This document shows positions 1 to 8,375 of a stretch of DNA of 64,000 nt, one piece after another. Position 1 is the stretch's first letter. Every line of letters starts with the position of its first letter. Under the pieces are notes generated by a model. That model was not told where the DNA came from, did no database searches, and worked only from the letters and a program-made list of their open reading frames with translations. This stretch comes from Gemmatimonadota bacterium (lineage in GTDB: Bacteria > Gemmatimonadota > Gemmatimonadetes > Gemmatimonadales > GWC2-71-9). The position numbers were made by a program, and so were the translations under genes. Location of the stretch: NCBI GenBank assembly GCA_039590195.1, contig JBDHFY010000002.1:4660-68659 (forward strand). The letters are read 5' to 3'.

Positions 1-1
1 G

Positions 2-364
2 GTTGCCAGTCTCGGATCACCGGACCGCGAGCTGCGCCGAGCTATCGTGCTGATGCATCTCACGCATCGAGTCGGTTCGAGCGACGAGGCCTTGGCGGAC
101 TATTTAGCGCAGCAGTCGGCGGAGTCGGTCCGGACTGTGCTGGGAACGTTGGAGCGCGTTCTCTCCGGCGCTGAAGCGGTCGGCACCGCGCCATCCGTCG
201 ACGTGGCCAAACGCCTCCTCGAGAGGCCTGTGGCCACGGAAGCGCCTGTGTTCAGCGGACGGGAAACTGGTACGCCCGTACCGCTGAGTGGCGTCAACAG
301 CCGTGAGAAGATGGTGTGGGACTGGATCGACCCGGAGGAGCGTCTCGTTGAGGATGCGACATAA
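2..364 (+). CDS. AAA+ ATPase C-terminal fragment, DnaA/Hda-like (5' end lies outside the window)
   Basis: The frame is open from base 2 with no stop before the first listed start at 47. The sequence ..PDRELRRAIVLMHLTHRVGSSDEALADYLAQQSAESVRTVLGTLERVL.. resembles the end of DnaA domain III/Hda (P-D-x-E-x-R-x-A-I, then 'l..ev..yla......R.l.g.L.rl'). Confidence 0.35.
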   Translation, partial: VASLGSPDRELRRAIVLMHLTHRVGSSDEALADYLAQQSAESVRTVLGTLERVLSGAEAVGTAPSVDVAKRLLERPVATEAPVFSGRETGTPVPLSGVNSREKMVWDWIDPEERLVEDAT

Positions 365-1980
365 TGGCGATCAAGGGTAGCCTTCGGGAAGCGTCACTGC
401 CCGACGTGCTTCAGCTCCTCGCGCTAGGGCAAAAGGCCGGCCGCTTGTCGCTCTCGGATCGCAACAGCCTCGGGTATATCTTCTTCGACAATGGACGGAT
501 CACCTACGCGTCCATCGTCAACCGACGCGATCGGTTGGGCGATATCCTGTCGAACAAGGGCAAGATCACCAAGGAGCAGCTGGACGCCGCTATCAGCAAG
601 CAGAGTCTCGACCGGGACAAGAGGCTTGGGCAGCACCTCGTTGAAGGCGGTGCGATCAGCCAGGCGGATCTCGAGGAGTTCGTACGCATCCAGGTCGAGG
701 AGGCAGTGTTCTATCTCTTCACGTGGACGCGCGGAAGCTTCCACTTCGAGGCCGGCGTGGAGCCCGAGGAACAGGACGTACGCGTCTCGATCAATCCGGA
801 ATCGGTCCTGCTCGAAGGTGCGAGGCGCATTGATGAATGGAGTCTGATTGAGAAGAAGATTCCCTCCTTCGACGTCGTTTTTTCCGTTGACAGGGACCGG
901 CTGCAGGCAAGCGGTGTCGAACTCTCCCAGGAGCAGCAGCGGATCCTCCAGCTGATCGACGGCGAGCGAGATGTTGCGCAGATCGTGGAGGAGTCCGGCC
1001 TCGTCGAGTTTGACGTGGGCAAGGCACTGTACGGACTCATCACGGCGGGGTTTGCCCGCCGCGTGCGCAAGAGCGATATGCGTGCCCGCATGGTGGTGGA
1101 CGCACAGGTCGCCGAGCACCGAAACTTGGGTGTGGCCTTCTACAAGACCGGAATGATCGATGAGGCCGCGCGGGAGTTCCGCCGTGTCGTCGAGCTTATG
1201 AACACCGACGCCACCGCCCACTTCTTTCTCGGCCTCGTGAGCGGCAAAGGCGGTAAGTGGAGTGAGGCAATAGGGGAGTTCAAACGTTGCCTCGAATTGG
1301 AGGGTCCCCGGCCCAACGCCCTCCACAATCTCGCCCTCAGCCTCGAGCAGCTCGGACGTCTGAAGGATGCCGAGGCGGCCTACGGCGAGGCGGCGACGCG
1401 GGCGCGTCACGACGGCCGCATCTTGACGGCGTGGGGGGTCGTCGCTCTCAAGCAGCGTAACTTCGAAGTCGCCCAGGGGAGGCTCGACCGAGCACGGGAA
1501 GTTTCGGAGAGCCAGGCGCTCTCCGACGTGTGGTTCTGGGCGCAGTCCCTCGTCTTGGTGAACCGTGACGACTTTGCGGAGGCGGAGGTAGTACTGCGAG
1601 CCGGCGTCGAGCAATACCCCCAAAGCGCCGCCCTCCGCAACAATCTGGCGGTCGTGCTCGAGGTCGTGGGCCGGCTCGAGGACGCGGAGGAAACACTGCG
1701 AGGGGCGGCAGGTGAGGGCTTGGTCATCCCCCAGCTCTTCAAGAACCTGGGAGACATCCTCTATCGGACGGGACGATACGACGATGCCTGGGAGGCCTAC
1801 GAGCGGGCGATCAAACTCGATCCAGAGCTCGGTGACGACGTCTATTTCAAGTTGGGCAACATTGCGTATCGGCGCATGGATCACGAAAAGGCGTCGGCCA
1901 TGTGGCGAATGACGCTCCAGCTGAACCCCGATCACCAGCTGGCCCGAACGAACATCGAGACGATGAACGCCCTCACATGA
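364..1980 (+). CDS. DUF4388/PATAN-domain protein with C-terminal TPR repeats
   Basis: The N-terminus GSLREASLPDVLQLLALGQKAGRLSL..GYIFFDNGRITYA is the DUF4388 signature. The C-terminal half has repeated A..Y..A..L.P TPR-like units. The start overlaps the upstream stop (TAATG). Confidence 0.7.
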   Translation: MAIKGSLREASLPDVLQLLALGQKAGRLSLSDRNSLGYIFFDNGRITYASIVNRRDRLGDILSNKGKITKEQLDAAISKQSLDRDKRLGQHLVEGGAISQADLEEFVRIQVEEAVFYLFTWTRGSFHFEAGVEPEEQDVRVSINPESVLLEGARRIDEWSLIEKKIPSFDVVFSVDRDRLQASGVELSQEQQRILQLIDGERDVAQIVEESGLVEFDVGKALYGLITAGFARRVRKSDMRARMVVDAQVAEHRNLGVAFYKTGMIDEAAREFRRVVELMNTDATAHFFLGLVSGKGGKWSEAIGEFKRCLELEGPRPNALHNLALSLEQLGRLKDAEAAYGEAATRARHDGRILTAWGVVALKQRNFEVAQGRLDRAREVSESQALSDVWFWAQSLVLVNRDDFAEAEVVLRAGVEQYPQSAALRNNLAVVLEVVGRLEDAEETLRGAAGEGLVIPQLFKNLGDILYRTGRYDDAWEAYERAIKLDPELGDDVYFKLGNIAYRRMDHEKASAMWRMTLQLNPDHQLARTNIETMNALT

Positions 1981-2044
1981 GGTCGTGGCGTAGCATCGGG
2001 CTAGGCGGATCACCCGCCAGGGCGGCGAGCGTCAGGTCCCGGAC

Positions 2045-2614
2045 GTGGGGGTCGGTGCCATTGCCATGGGGGCCGCGCGCCCCGTCGGGTCATCCGCATA
2101 CGCTGCCAGTCCGCCGGGTGCCGGGGGGGCGGGCATTTGCCGGGGAGCGTCGGTGAGCGACCAGGATAATGGCGCGAAGCGCCCGGTGAGCGGTTATCTT
2201 CTCGTGCGAACCGATGGAACCCGGTACGGGCTGCCCATCGACGGTGTGGTGGAAGTGGTCGACGGGGCCACGCCGGTTCCGGTGCCGGCAGCGCAACGTT
2301 CCGTTCGCGGAGCGGCCAACCTGCGTGGCCGCATGGTCCCGGTCGTCCATCTCGGCGCCTTGCTGGCCGGCAGTGATCCGCCACAGCAGTACTCCAACAC
2401 GGTGGTGCTCGTGAGATGCCTCGACAAGCCCGTCGCCTTTGAAGTGGACGATGCGGATGAAGTCGTGCGGGAGGAGCCGACACCGATGCCGCCCGGGCGA
2501 CGGCTCCCATGGGCATCCGGGATCGCGAATCAAGACGATGCCCTGGTTCCCATCCTCGACCTCGACGCTCTCGGCGAGCGACTCTCCCTCGCCGATGGGG
2601 ACACGGAGCAGTGA
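2045..2614 (+). CDS. CheW-like coupling protein (start uncertain; GTG 2045 or a later GTG near 2154)
   Basis: YLLVRTDGTRYGLPIDGVVEVVD..PVPAAQRSVRGAANLRGRMVPVVHLGALL is a CheW-domain pattern in a single-domain-size protein. Confidence 0.7.
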   Translation: MGVGAIAMGAARPVGSSAYAASPPGAGGAGICRGASVSDQDNGAKRPVSGYLLVRTDGTRYGLPIDGVVEVVDGATPVPVPAAQRSVRGAANLRGRMVPVVHLGALLAGSDPPQQYSNTVVLVRCLDKPVAFEVDDADEVVREEPTPMPPGRRLPWASGIANQDDALVPILDLDALGERLSLADGDTEQ

Positions 2615-3087
2615 GAGGCGAAGACGAGATCCAACTCGTCGTCTTCCGCCTGGGGGGGCAGCAGTTTGCGTTCGGCATTCTGGAGGTCGAGCGCATCTTG
2701 CGCTATGAGGCGCCCGTGCCTCTCCCGAAGGCACCAGCCTTTCTCGAGGGCGTGCTCGCCTACGGTGGCCGGTCCGTCCCAGTGGTCGATCTGAGAAAGC
2801 GGCTCGATGTCGCGGCGGAGAACCGGGACGAAACGCGTTTGATGGTGCTGGAATGGGAGCAGGGGAAAATCGGGGTGGTCGTTGACGCCGTCGTGGAACT
2901 CCTCACGGTGGCCGCGGAGGAGGTGACATCTCCTCCGCCGATTGTGCGAGGGCTTGCGGCCAAGTACATCAGTGGAATTATAGCCAGGGAGGACCGAACG
3001 ATCGTCGTGCTAGCCGTGGCGAAGATCCTCACGTCGAAGGAGCGTCTGGCACTGGACTCGCTGACCGTGGAGCCGGCTCATGGGTAA
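2611..3087 (+). CDS. cheW: CheW chemotaxis coupling protein
   Basis: GTG at 2611 overlaps the upstream stop (GTGA). LVVFRLGGQQFAFGILEVERILRYE..APAFLEGVLAYGGRSVPVVDLRKRL is a classic CheW core. The 2509 start in the track is an over-extension. Confidence 0.8.
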   Translation: MRGEDEIQLVVFRLGGQQFAFGILEVERILRYEAPVPLPKAPAFLEGVLAYGGRSVPVVDLRKRLDVAAENRDETRLMVLEWEQGKIGVVVDAVVELLTVAAEEVTSPPPIVRGLAAKYISGIIAREDRTIVVLAVAKILTSKERLALDSLTVEPAHG

Positions 3088-3949
3088 TGGAGACATGATT
3101 CCCCCGCTCCGAAAGCGATTCGACGAGATCTTGATGCGGCTCGAAACCAGTCCCACCGGCGAGGCGCGCGAGGTCGTCAAACGCGATATCATCGCCCTGT
3201 TCAAGACCGTGGATCAGGCCATTGCCGATCTGAACGGCTTGAAGGACGACATCCGTGGTCTGGTCGACAAGTACAAGGAACTCGCGCAAAGTGAAGCGAG
3301 TGACCAGGCGCCGAAGTTCACCGGGGCCGTTCCAACGGCGGTTCTGCAGGATCATATCGGCGCGTCGACGTTCGTGGAGAAGGGCTGGAACCTCCTCTCG
3401 CTCGGGGATTACGACGGCGCGATCAAAGCGCTGGGCAAAGCACTCGAGCTCTCCCCGAATGATATCCAAGCCCAATCTCAGCTTGGATGGGCCCAAATGC
3501 TCAAGGGGGACTACGATAACGCCCTTTCCACGTTCCAGCAGGTCCTGATCAGGGAACCGGCGAATTCCCTGGCACGGATCAACGTGGGATACATATGCCT
3601 CAAAAAGCGCATCTTCGGTGAGTCGATCGAACATCTCTCTAAAGCCATCCGGCTGGACAACGATCGCAAGGCCACCCTGTACGCGCATTTCTATCTCGGC
3701 CTCGTCTACTTCGAGCGTGAGATGTACGAAGACGCACAAACGTTCTTCGAGAAGACGCTCAGGCTTGGACCGAACCTCATCGAAGCATACTATGAACTGG
3801 GGCGCGCCCAGTGGTTCGCCGGCGATCGCGAGACGGCGCGGGCCACTTGGGCACAGGGATTCAAGGCGAACAGGTTCAATCCCTGGGGCAAGCGCTGCAG
3901 TGAAGTGCTGCAAACGGTCGAACAGGGACAGGAGCCACCGAAGTCGTAA
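3080..3949 (+). CDS. Tetratricopeptide-repeat protein with N-terminal coiled-coil-like segment
   Basis: TPR units are present (GDYDGAIKALGKALELSPND, GDYDNALSTFQQVLIREPAN, EDAQTFFEKTLRLGPN). It overlaps the cheW stop by 8 nt. Confidence 0.7.
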   Translation: MGNGDMIPPLRKRFDEILMRLETSPTGEAREVVKRDIIALFKTVDQAIADLNGLKDDIRGLVDKYKELAQSEASDQAPKFTGAVPTAVLQDHIGASTFVEKGWNLLSLGDYDGAIKALGKALELSPNDIQAQSQLGWAQMLKGDYDNALSTFQQVLIREPANSLARINVGYICLKKRIFGESIEHLSKAIRLDNDRKATLYAHFYLGLVYFEREMYEDAQTFFEKTLRLGPNLIEAYYELGRAQWFAGDRETARATWAQGFKANRFNPWGKRCSEVLQTVEQGQEPPKS

Positions 3950-3954
3950 CGCTA

Positions 3955-4803
3955 TTGCTCATGGTGCTCGTGGCTCAGGCCCCGAACGCCGTGCGGGTCG
4001 GCCGAGTCGCGGTGGTCCACTGGCCCGGCGACGGGGGGGCCGCGACGGCGCTGGCGGAGATGGCCGATCGCTTGACGGCCTGGCCTGGCATCCCGGCTCA
4101 GGCTCGGTTCCCGATGCGCCTCATCCTGGCGCCCAACCGGGTGATCTTCGACTCCATCACGGCAGGGCGCCTTCCCCCGTGGGGCTCGGGCGCCGCGTTT
4201 CCGGGTACTAACACTATTGTCCTGATTCTGGACGGCAGCGTCCATCAGGTGCTGCGCCACGAGCTTGCCCACCTGGCCCTCCGAAGCGCCGTCAGGCGCG
4301 TGCCCCTCTGGTTCGACGAGGGATACGCCAGCCGCGCCGCCCAGGAGTGGGGTCGTCTCGATGCCCTGCGGGTCAATTGGGCGCTGGTCCTGGGGCGGGC
4401 CCCCGGGTTCGTGGCGCTCAACCGGGACCTGCGCGCCGGGGCCACGCGGAGTACCGCTGCCTACGCCCTCGCAACGACCACGGTGGCCCTGCTCGAGCGA
4501 CTGGGAGGGGAGCGGGGGCTCGAACCCCTCATCACTTCCCTCGGCACGACTTCGGACTTCGACCAGGCCCTCCGGCGGACGTATGTCATGACCCTGGACC
4601 AGTTCGAAGCGATGTGGCACAAGGATCTCCGCCGGCGATATGGCTGGCTCCTGTTTGCCACGTCTTTCTCGGTGTTCTGGACCGTGGTGGGGGGCTTCGT
4701 TGTAGTAATTTGGGCCCGCAGACGGCGGCGAGACCGCATCCGCCGGGCTGCCCTCGACGAGGGTTGGGTCGTTCCGACGGATGGAGAGGGAGGGCCTTCT
4801 TGA
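3955..4803 (+). CDS. Membrane-anchored putative zinc metallopeptidase (HExxH, peptidase-MA-like)
   Basis: HELAH followed by FDEGYA is a gluzincin-like arrangement. A C-terminal TM helix (LLFATSFSVFWTVVGGFVVVIW) is followed by an RRRRR stop-transfer sequence. Confidence 0.5.
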   Translation: MLMVLVAQAPNAVRVGRVAVVHWPGDGGAATALAEMADRLTAWPGIPAQARFPMRLILAPNRVIFDSITAGRLPPWGSGAAFPGTNTIVLILDGSVHQVLRHELAHLALRSAVRRVPLWFDEGYASRAAQEWGRLDALRVNWALVLGRAPGFVALNRDLRAGATRSTAAYALATTTVALLERLGGERGLEPLITSLGTTSDFDQALRRTYVMTLDQFEAMWHKDLRRRYGWLLFATSFSVFWTVVGGFVVVIWARRRRRDRIRRAALDEGWVVPTDGEGGPS

Positions 4804-4836
4804 CGGCCAAGGGGTTCACCGTTACGCTAAGCCCTT

Positions 4837-5022
4837 ATGCCACAAAAGGGAGCATCATCAGCCAGGCTCAGGTTCGGCCCCAAGAACACCGTGCTGCTGA
4901 GTTCGGCCGTCCTTTCGCTGGCGATCGGCTATTTGCTCCTGGCTGGAGGATCGACCACGCTGGCTCCGGTCTTGCTTGTTCTGGGCTACTGCGTGCTGTT
5001 TCCATTGGGATTGGCCCTATAA
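4837..5022 (+). CDS. Small two-TM membrane protein (DUF3098-like)
   Basis: A 61-aa ORF with a basic N-terminus and two hydrophobic helices (LLSSAVLSLAIGYLLLAG / LAPVLLVLGYCVLFPLGLAL). It is short, so support is moderate. Confidence 0.45.
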   Translation: MPQKGASSARLRFGPKNTVLLSSAVLSLAIGYLLLAGGSTTLAPVLLVLGYCVLFPLGLAL

Positions 5023-5034
5023 AGGCCGACCCCG

Positions 5035-5109
5035 GGGCGAATAGCTCAGCTGGTCCAGAGCGCCTGCTTTACACGCAGGAAGTCGGGGGTTCGAATCCCT
5101 CTTCGCCCA
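5035..5109 (+). tRNA. tRNA-Val (anticodon TAC)
   Basis: The cloverleaf was folded by hand. The acceptor stem is GGGCGAA/TTCGCCC, the D arm GCTC..GAGC, the anticodon stem CCTGC/GCAGG with loop TTTACAC, and the T arm GGGGG-TTCGAAT-CCCTC. The discriminator is A and no CCA is encoded. Confidence 0.9.
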
Positions 5110-5199
5110 TCGGGGTACAATACATTAATAAGACGTTAATTTGGGGGAGGCGTGGCTCCCTCAAGAGCTAGTCAAAGTTCGGAGGAAAGATCAGTGCGT

Positions 5200-6951
5200 A
5201 TGTCTCGTTTGGCTCTCAAGGTCGTATCCCTCGCCGTGTTCGCCGCCTGGGGGCTATTGCTAGATGCCGTGCCCGCGCAGGCACAGCGGGGCCGGCAGCA
5301 AAGTAACCTGGAGCGGGTGTTGATCCTTCCAGCCGTTCCGGCCAATCCTGAAGCTGATTCAGCGTTCACGATCGAGCTCGCCGATGAGATGCGGGGTCGT
5401 CTCTCCGGTCGGGTCCGCAACCAGGTACACGTCATTACCACCGATCAGTATTGTGAAGCCTTGCTGGCGTCCGGCTTTGCGTGCGAGGCGTTGCTCGACG
5501 ACAACTCCGCAGAGCAACTGGCGCGGTTCCTTCGGGCGGATTCCTACATCACCGGTCGCCTGTCGAGAAACTCCGCACCAGGGATAACGCTGCACATGGT
5601 GGACATCGGACGTTCGGGCATCGCCGGCTGGGTTTCCGTCCTCGGTGAGGCGGGCCAGCAGGCCAAGGATTTCGCCAACCTCGTCAGCGACTCCCTCAGG
5701 AACCAGGTTCGTGTCGCGCAGGAGGCCCGCGAGTGCTCGGATCGGCGCGACCGGAGCGACTTCAGGGGGGCCCGTGAGCGTGTCGATCGAGCCTTCCAAC
5801 TCTACCCGAACCATCCGGCAGCGGCCCTCTGTTTGGCGTACGTGTTCGAAGCGACCCAACAGCCGGCAGACAGCCTGATTTGGGCGTATGAGCAGGCCGT
5901 GCGGGGCGACTCTCTCTTCGAGCGGGGCTGGGACCGCCTCGGTGTGCTGTACCTCCAAGCCGGCGACACAGTGAAGGCTGTGGAAGCGTATCAGTCTCAA
6001 CTGCAGTCCAAGCCCAGCAACGTGCAGCTGCGCCAGAGCGTGGCCGCGATGTGGATCGAGCTGGACGAATTCGAGAAGGCGCTCTCTGTTGTGGAAGCGG
6101 GGTTGGCCCGAACGCCGGAGGAATTGTCCCTGCTCGTCTACAAGGCTCGGGCGTGCGTCGACGGAGAGATGTGGGCGTGTGCCCTCGAGGGACTCTCCGC
6201 ACAGTACGATCTCGATACGGCCCTGGTGGGCGACACGGTCTTCTACATGCAGATCATTGGGGCAGCGGGCTTCGTTCCGGATACCGCGGCTGCCCTCATG
6301 TGGACTGGGGAGGCGGTACAACATACCCCGAACTCGGCGGCGTTTTGGACGGTGCGGGCACAATGGCTCAATAATGCCGGTGACAAAGAGGCCGCTCTGG
6401 ACGCCTACGGGCGGTTGACCGAGATGCTGCCCAACGACTTCCGGGCTCCGCTCTCGGCAGCTCAGATTCTCTTGGACGGATTGGTGATCGACTCGACGGT
6501 CCCGTTGGACACCACAGCCATGGCGCAAGCGGACTCGCTCCTCATGACGGCCATCGACCGTGCGGGCGGCAACGCAGCTGTGATTCAGAATGTCTCGGTG
6601 ATGTATTTTACGCCGGGCATGAATCTAGCACGGGCCCAGTACCGCCCCGATTATGCGCTACGGTGGCTCGAAAAGGCGCTCGAGTACGATGTGGGCCAGC
6701 GACTCACGGCCCAGGGCAACTTCTTCCTCGGTTTTGCGACCTTCTTCTACCTGCAAGGTTTCTTCGAGGAGGTGCGCAACTCGCAGTCGTGCGACATGGT
6801 CAACCAGTACGCGGCGGTCGTTGCTCGAGGAAAAGAGGCGATGAACCTCGGAATGAGCGTCTCCGAGCAAGGTGCCCAACAGATCCTTGGAGGTTTGCAG
6901 CAATACGAGGACCTCGTTCCGGCGTTCCGCCAGAACTTCGAATGCCCCTAG
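5200..6951 (+). CDS. Secreted hypothetical protein with TPR-like repeats
   Basis: ATG 5200 sits 14 nt after GGAGGA. The signal peptide is MSRLALKVVSLAVFAAWGLLLDAVPAQAQ. TPR-like helices follow (GDTVKAVEAYQSQLQSKPSN, DEFEKALSVVEAGLARTPEE). The 5152 start in the track is probably an over-extension. Confidence 0.55.
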   Translation: MSRLALKVVSLAVFAAWGLLLDAVPAQAQRGRQQSNLERVLILPAVPANPEADSAFTIELADEMRGRLSGRVRNQVHVITTDQYCEALLASGFACEALLDDNSAEQLARFLRADSYITGRLSRNSAPGITLHMVDIGRSGIAGWVSVLGEAGQQAKDFANLVSDSLRNQVRVAQEARECSDRRDRSDFRGARERVDRAFQLYPNHPAAALCLAYVFEATQQPADSLIWAYEQAVRGDSLFERGWDRLGVLYLQAGDTVKAVEAYQSQLQSKPSNVQLRQSVAAMWIELDEFEKALSVVEAGLARTPEELSLLVYKARACVDGEMWACALEGLSAQYDLDTALVGDTVFYMQIIGAAGFVPDTAAALMWTGEAVQHTPNSAAFWTVRAQWLNNAGDKEAALDAYGRLTEMLPNDFRAPLSAAQILLDGLVIDSTVPLDTTAMAQADSLLMTAIDRAGGNAAVIQNVSVMYFTPGMNLARAQYRPDYALRWLEKALEYDVGQRLTAQGNFFLGFATFFYLQGFFEEVRNSQSCDMVNQYAAVVARGKEAMNLGMSVSEQGAQQILGGLQQYEDLVPAFRQNFECP

Positions 6952-7044
6952 GCTGAGACGGATTGAGCCGCTGCACGGGCGGCGGCCAGCGGGCTCTTGA
7001 TGTGGGGGTGTGGGAGTGGGTACATTGCGCGGCCTATCTCGGGA

Positions 7045-7119
7045 GGGGCTGTAGCTCAGTTTGGTTAGAGTGCCGGTCTGTCACACCGGAGGCCGCGGGT
7101 TCGAGTCCCGTCAGCCCCG
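7045..7119 (+). tRNA. tRNA-Asp (anticodon GTC)
   Basis: The acceptor stem is GGGGCTG/CAGCCCC, the anticodon stem CCGGT/ACCGG with loop CTGTCAC, and the T arm GCGGG-TTCGAGT-CCCGT. The discriminator is G. Confidence 0.9.
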
Positions 7120-7137
7120 CTTTCGTCAGTACGACTG

Positions 7138-7175
7138 AGCCCTGCTTGATCTTCAAGCGGGGCTTTTGTTTTTTT
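7138..7175 (+). terminator. Rho-independent terminator after tRNA-Asp
   Basis: A 12-bp stem agccctgcttga / tcaagcggggct (one G-T pair) has a 3-nt loop and is followed by TTTTGTTTTTTT. Confidence 0.8.
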
Positions 7176-7180
7176 CCAGC

Positions 7181-8095
7181 GTGGGGGTGCCCATCTTTCA
7201 CGAACCCGTGCTTGCAGAACGCGTGGAGCGCCTCGCCGTTGGACGGATGCGCGCGGTCGATTGTACGGCCGGAGGAGGGGGACACACGGAAGCGTTTGTG
7301 CAGGCAGGTCTCGAGGTCATGGCGATCGACCGAGATCCGGACGCCATCGCAACCGTGCGATCCCGCGTGGGTGCGGCGGCCACGTTTGTTTGTGGGAGTT
7401 TCGCCGATCGGGATGTCCTCCTGGCCATCGAGCAATTCCAGCCCGACCTCGCGTTCTTCGACCTCGGGGTTTCCTCACATCAGCTCGACCAGGATGCCCG
7501 GGGCTTCACTTTCCGGCGTGGAGCACCCCTGGACATGCGCATGGATGCCGCCCTAAGCATGTCGGCCGCCGACGTGCTCAACGAGTACCGTGAGGGTGAT
7601 CTCGTTCGCGTGTTTCGGGACTTCGGAGACGAGCCGCGCGCGCGCCGACTGGCTCGCGAGATCGTGAGGCGTCGCGCGCGAGAGCGCATGGCCACGAGCG
7701 ATGATCTCGTCAATGCCATCCGCGCCGCTCTTGGTCCTCAAACCGGACCCGCGGCCTTTGCCCGCTTGTTCCAGGCCGTGCGGATAGAGGTCAACACCGA
7801 GCTCGCCGAGCTCGAGCGCGCACTTCCAGTGGTGCTGGAGGCCCTGTGTCCCGGCGGTGACCTCGCGGCTATCACCTACCATTCCGGGGAAGACCGTATT
7901 GTCAAACACCTCTTCCGCGAATGGGCCCGCGCGTGCGTTTGCCCTCCTCACCAGCCCATTTGTGCGTGTCGCGGAGTCGCTTTGGGGGCTGTCTTGACCA
8001 AGAGACCGCAGGTGCCGGCGGAAGAAGAGATCGTCGCCAACTCCCGCGCTCGCAGCGCGAAGCTGCGCGTGTTCCGCAAGCTCGATGCTTCGTAG
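7181..8095 (+). CDS. rsmH: 16S rRNA (cytosine1402-N4)-methyltransferase RsmH (MraW)
   Basis: HEPVL..VDCTAGGGGHTEA..DLGVSSHQLD..RGFTF and ITYHSGEDRIVK motifs are present. The start was moved to GTG 7181 because TTG 7166 lies inside the terminator T-tract. It is the first gene of the dcw cluster. Confidence 0.85.
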   Translation: MGVPIFHEPVLAERVERLAVGRMRAVDCTAGGGGHTEAFVQAGLEVMAIDRDPDAIATVRSRVGAAATFVCGSFADRDVLLAIEQFQPDLAFFDLGVSSHQLDQDARGFTFRRGAPLDMRMDAALSMSAADVLNEYREGDLVRVFRDFGDEPRARRLAREIVRRRARERMATSDDLVNAIRAALGPQTGPAAFARLFQAVRIEVNTELAELERALPVVLEALCPGGDLAAITYHSGEDRIVKHLFREWARACVCPPHQPICACRGVALGAVLTKRPQVPAEEEIVANSRARSAKLRVFRKLDAS

Positions 8096-8375
8096 AGGTC
8101 GAAGCTGGGTGGCGCTCGGGCTCTTCTTCTTCCTCGGCGTGCTGACCTGGGTGGTCACCAGACAGACGTCATCGGTCGTGGCGGCGACGAATCTCAGGGA
8201 GCTCAATCTCGAACGCTCGACTCTTGAGGCGCAAAAGACCGAGCTGCTCAGGAGAATCCGCAAGGCTCGAAGCCGGGTGACGCTCATTCCGCGCGCCGAG
8301 TCGTTGGGTCTTCGTCTGGCCGCCGATAGCGAGATCGTGATCCTGCAGATTCCCAGCGAAGGAAACGAACGGTGA
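8085..8375 (+). CDS. ftsL: Cell division protein FtsL
   Basis: A 96-aa bitopic protein (TM helix WVALGLFFFLGVLTWVV followed by a coiled coil), in the canonical position between rsmH and ftsI. Confidence 0.65.
   Translation: MLRRGRSWVALGLFFFLGVLTWVVTRQTSSVVAATNLRELNLERSTLEAQKTELLRRIRKARSRVTLIPRAESLGLRLAADSEIVILQIPSEGNER

Noticed and set aside
424-2013. A 529-aa ORF on the - strand, antisense to the DUF4388-TPR gene. Similar long antisense or alternate-frame ORFs occur at 3029-3913, 8393-10318, 23654-25468, 26649-27722, 39950-41128, 45872-47173, 48649-50394, 55557-56969 and 9939-10952.
   Set aside because: These are typical GC-rich shadow ORFs. They overlap genes with clear family motifs entirely, are Arg/Pro/Gly/Ala-rich with no recognisable motif, and lack plausible start contexts.
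5110-7044. A genomic island integrated at tRNA-Val or tRNA-Asp.
   Set aside because: There is no integrase, no direct repeat of either tRNA 3' end, and only one cargo gene. It is kept only as a low-interest observation.
6951-7044. A terminator hairpin (gccgctgcacgggcggc) after the secreted TPR-like gene.
   Set aside because: The stem is short and has no following T-tract, so it cannot be distinguished from chance GC-rich self-complementarity.
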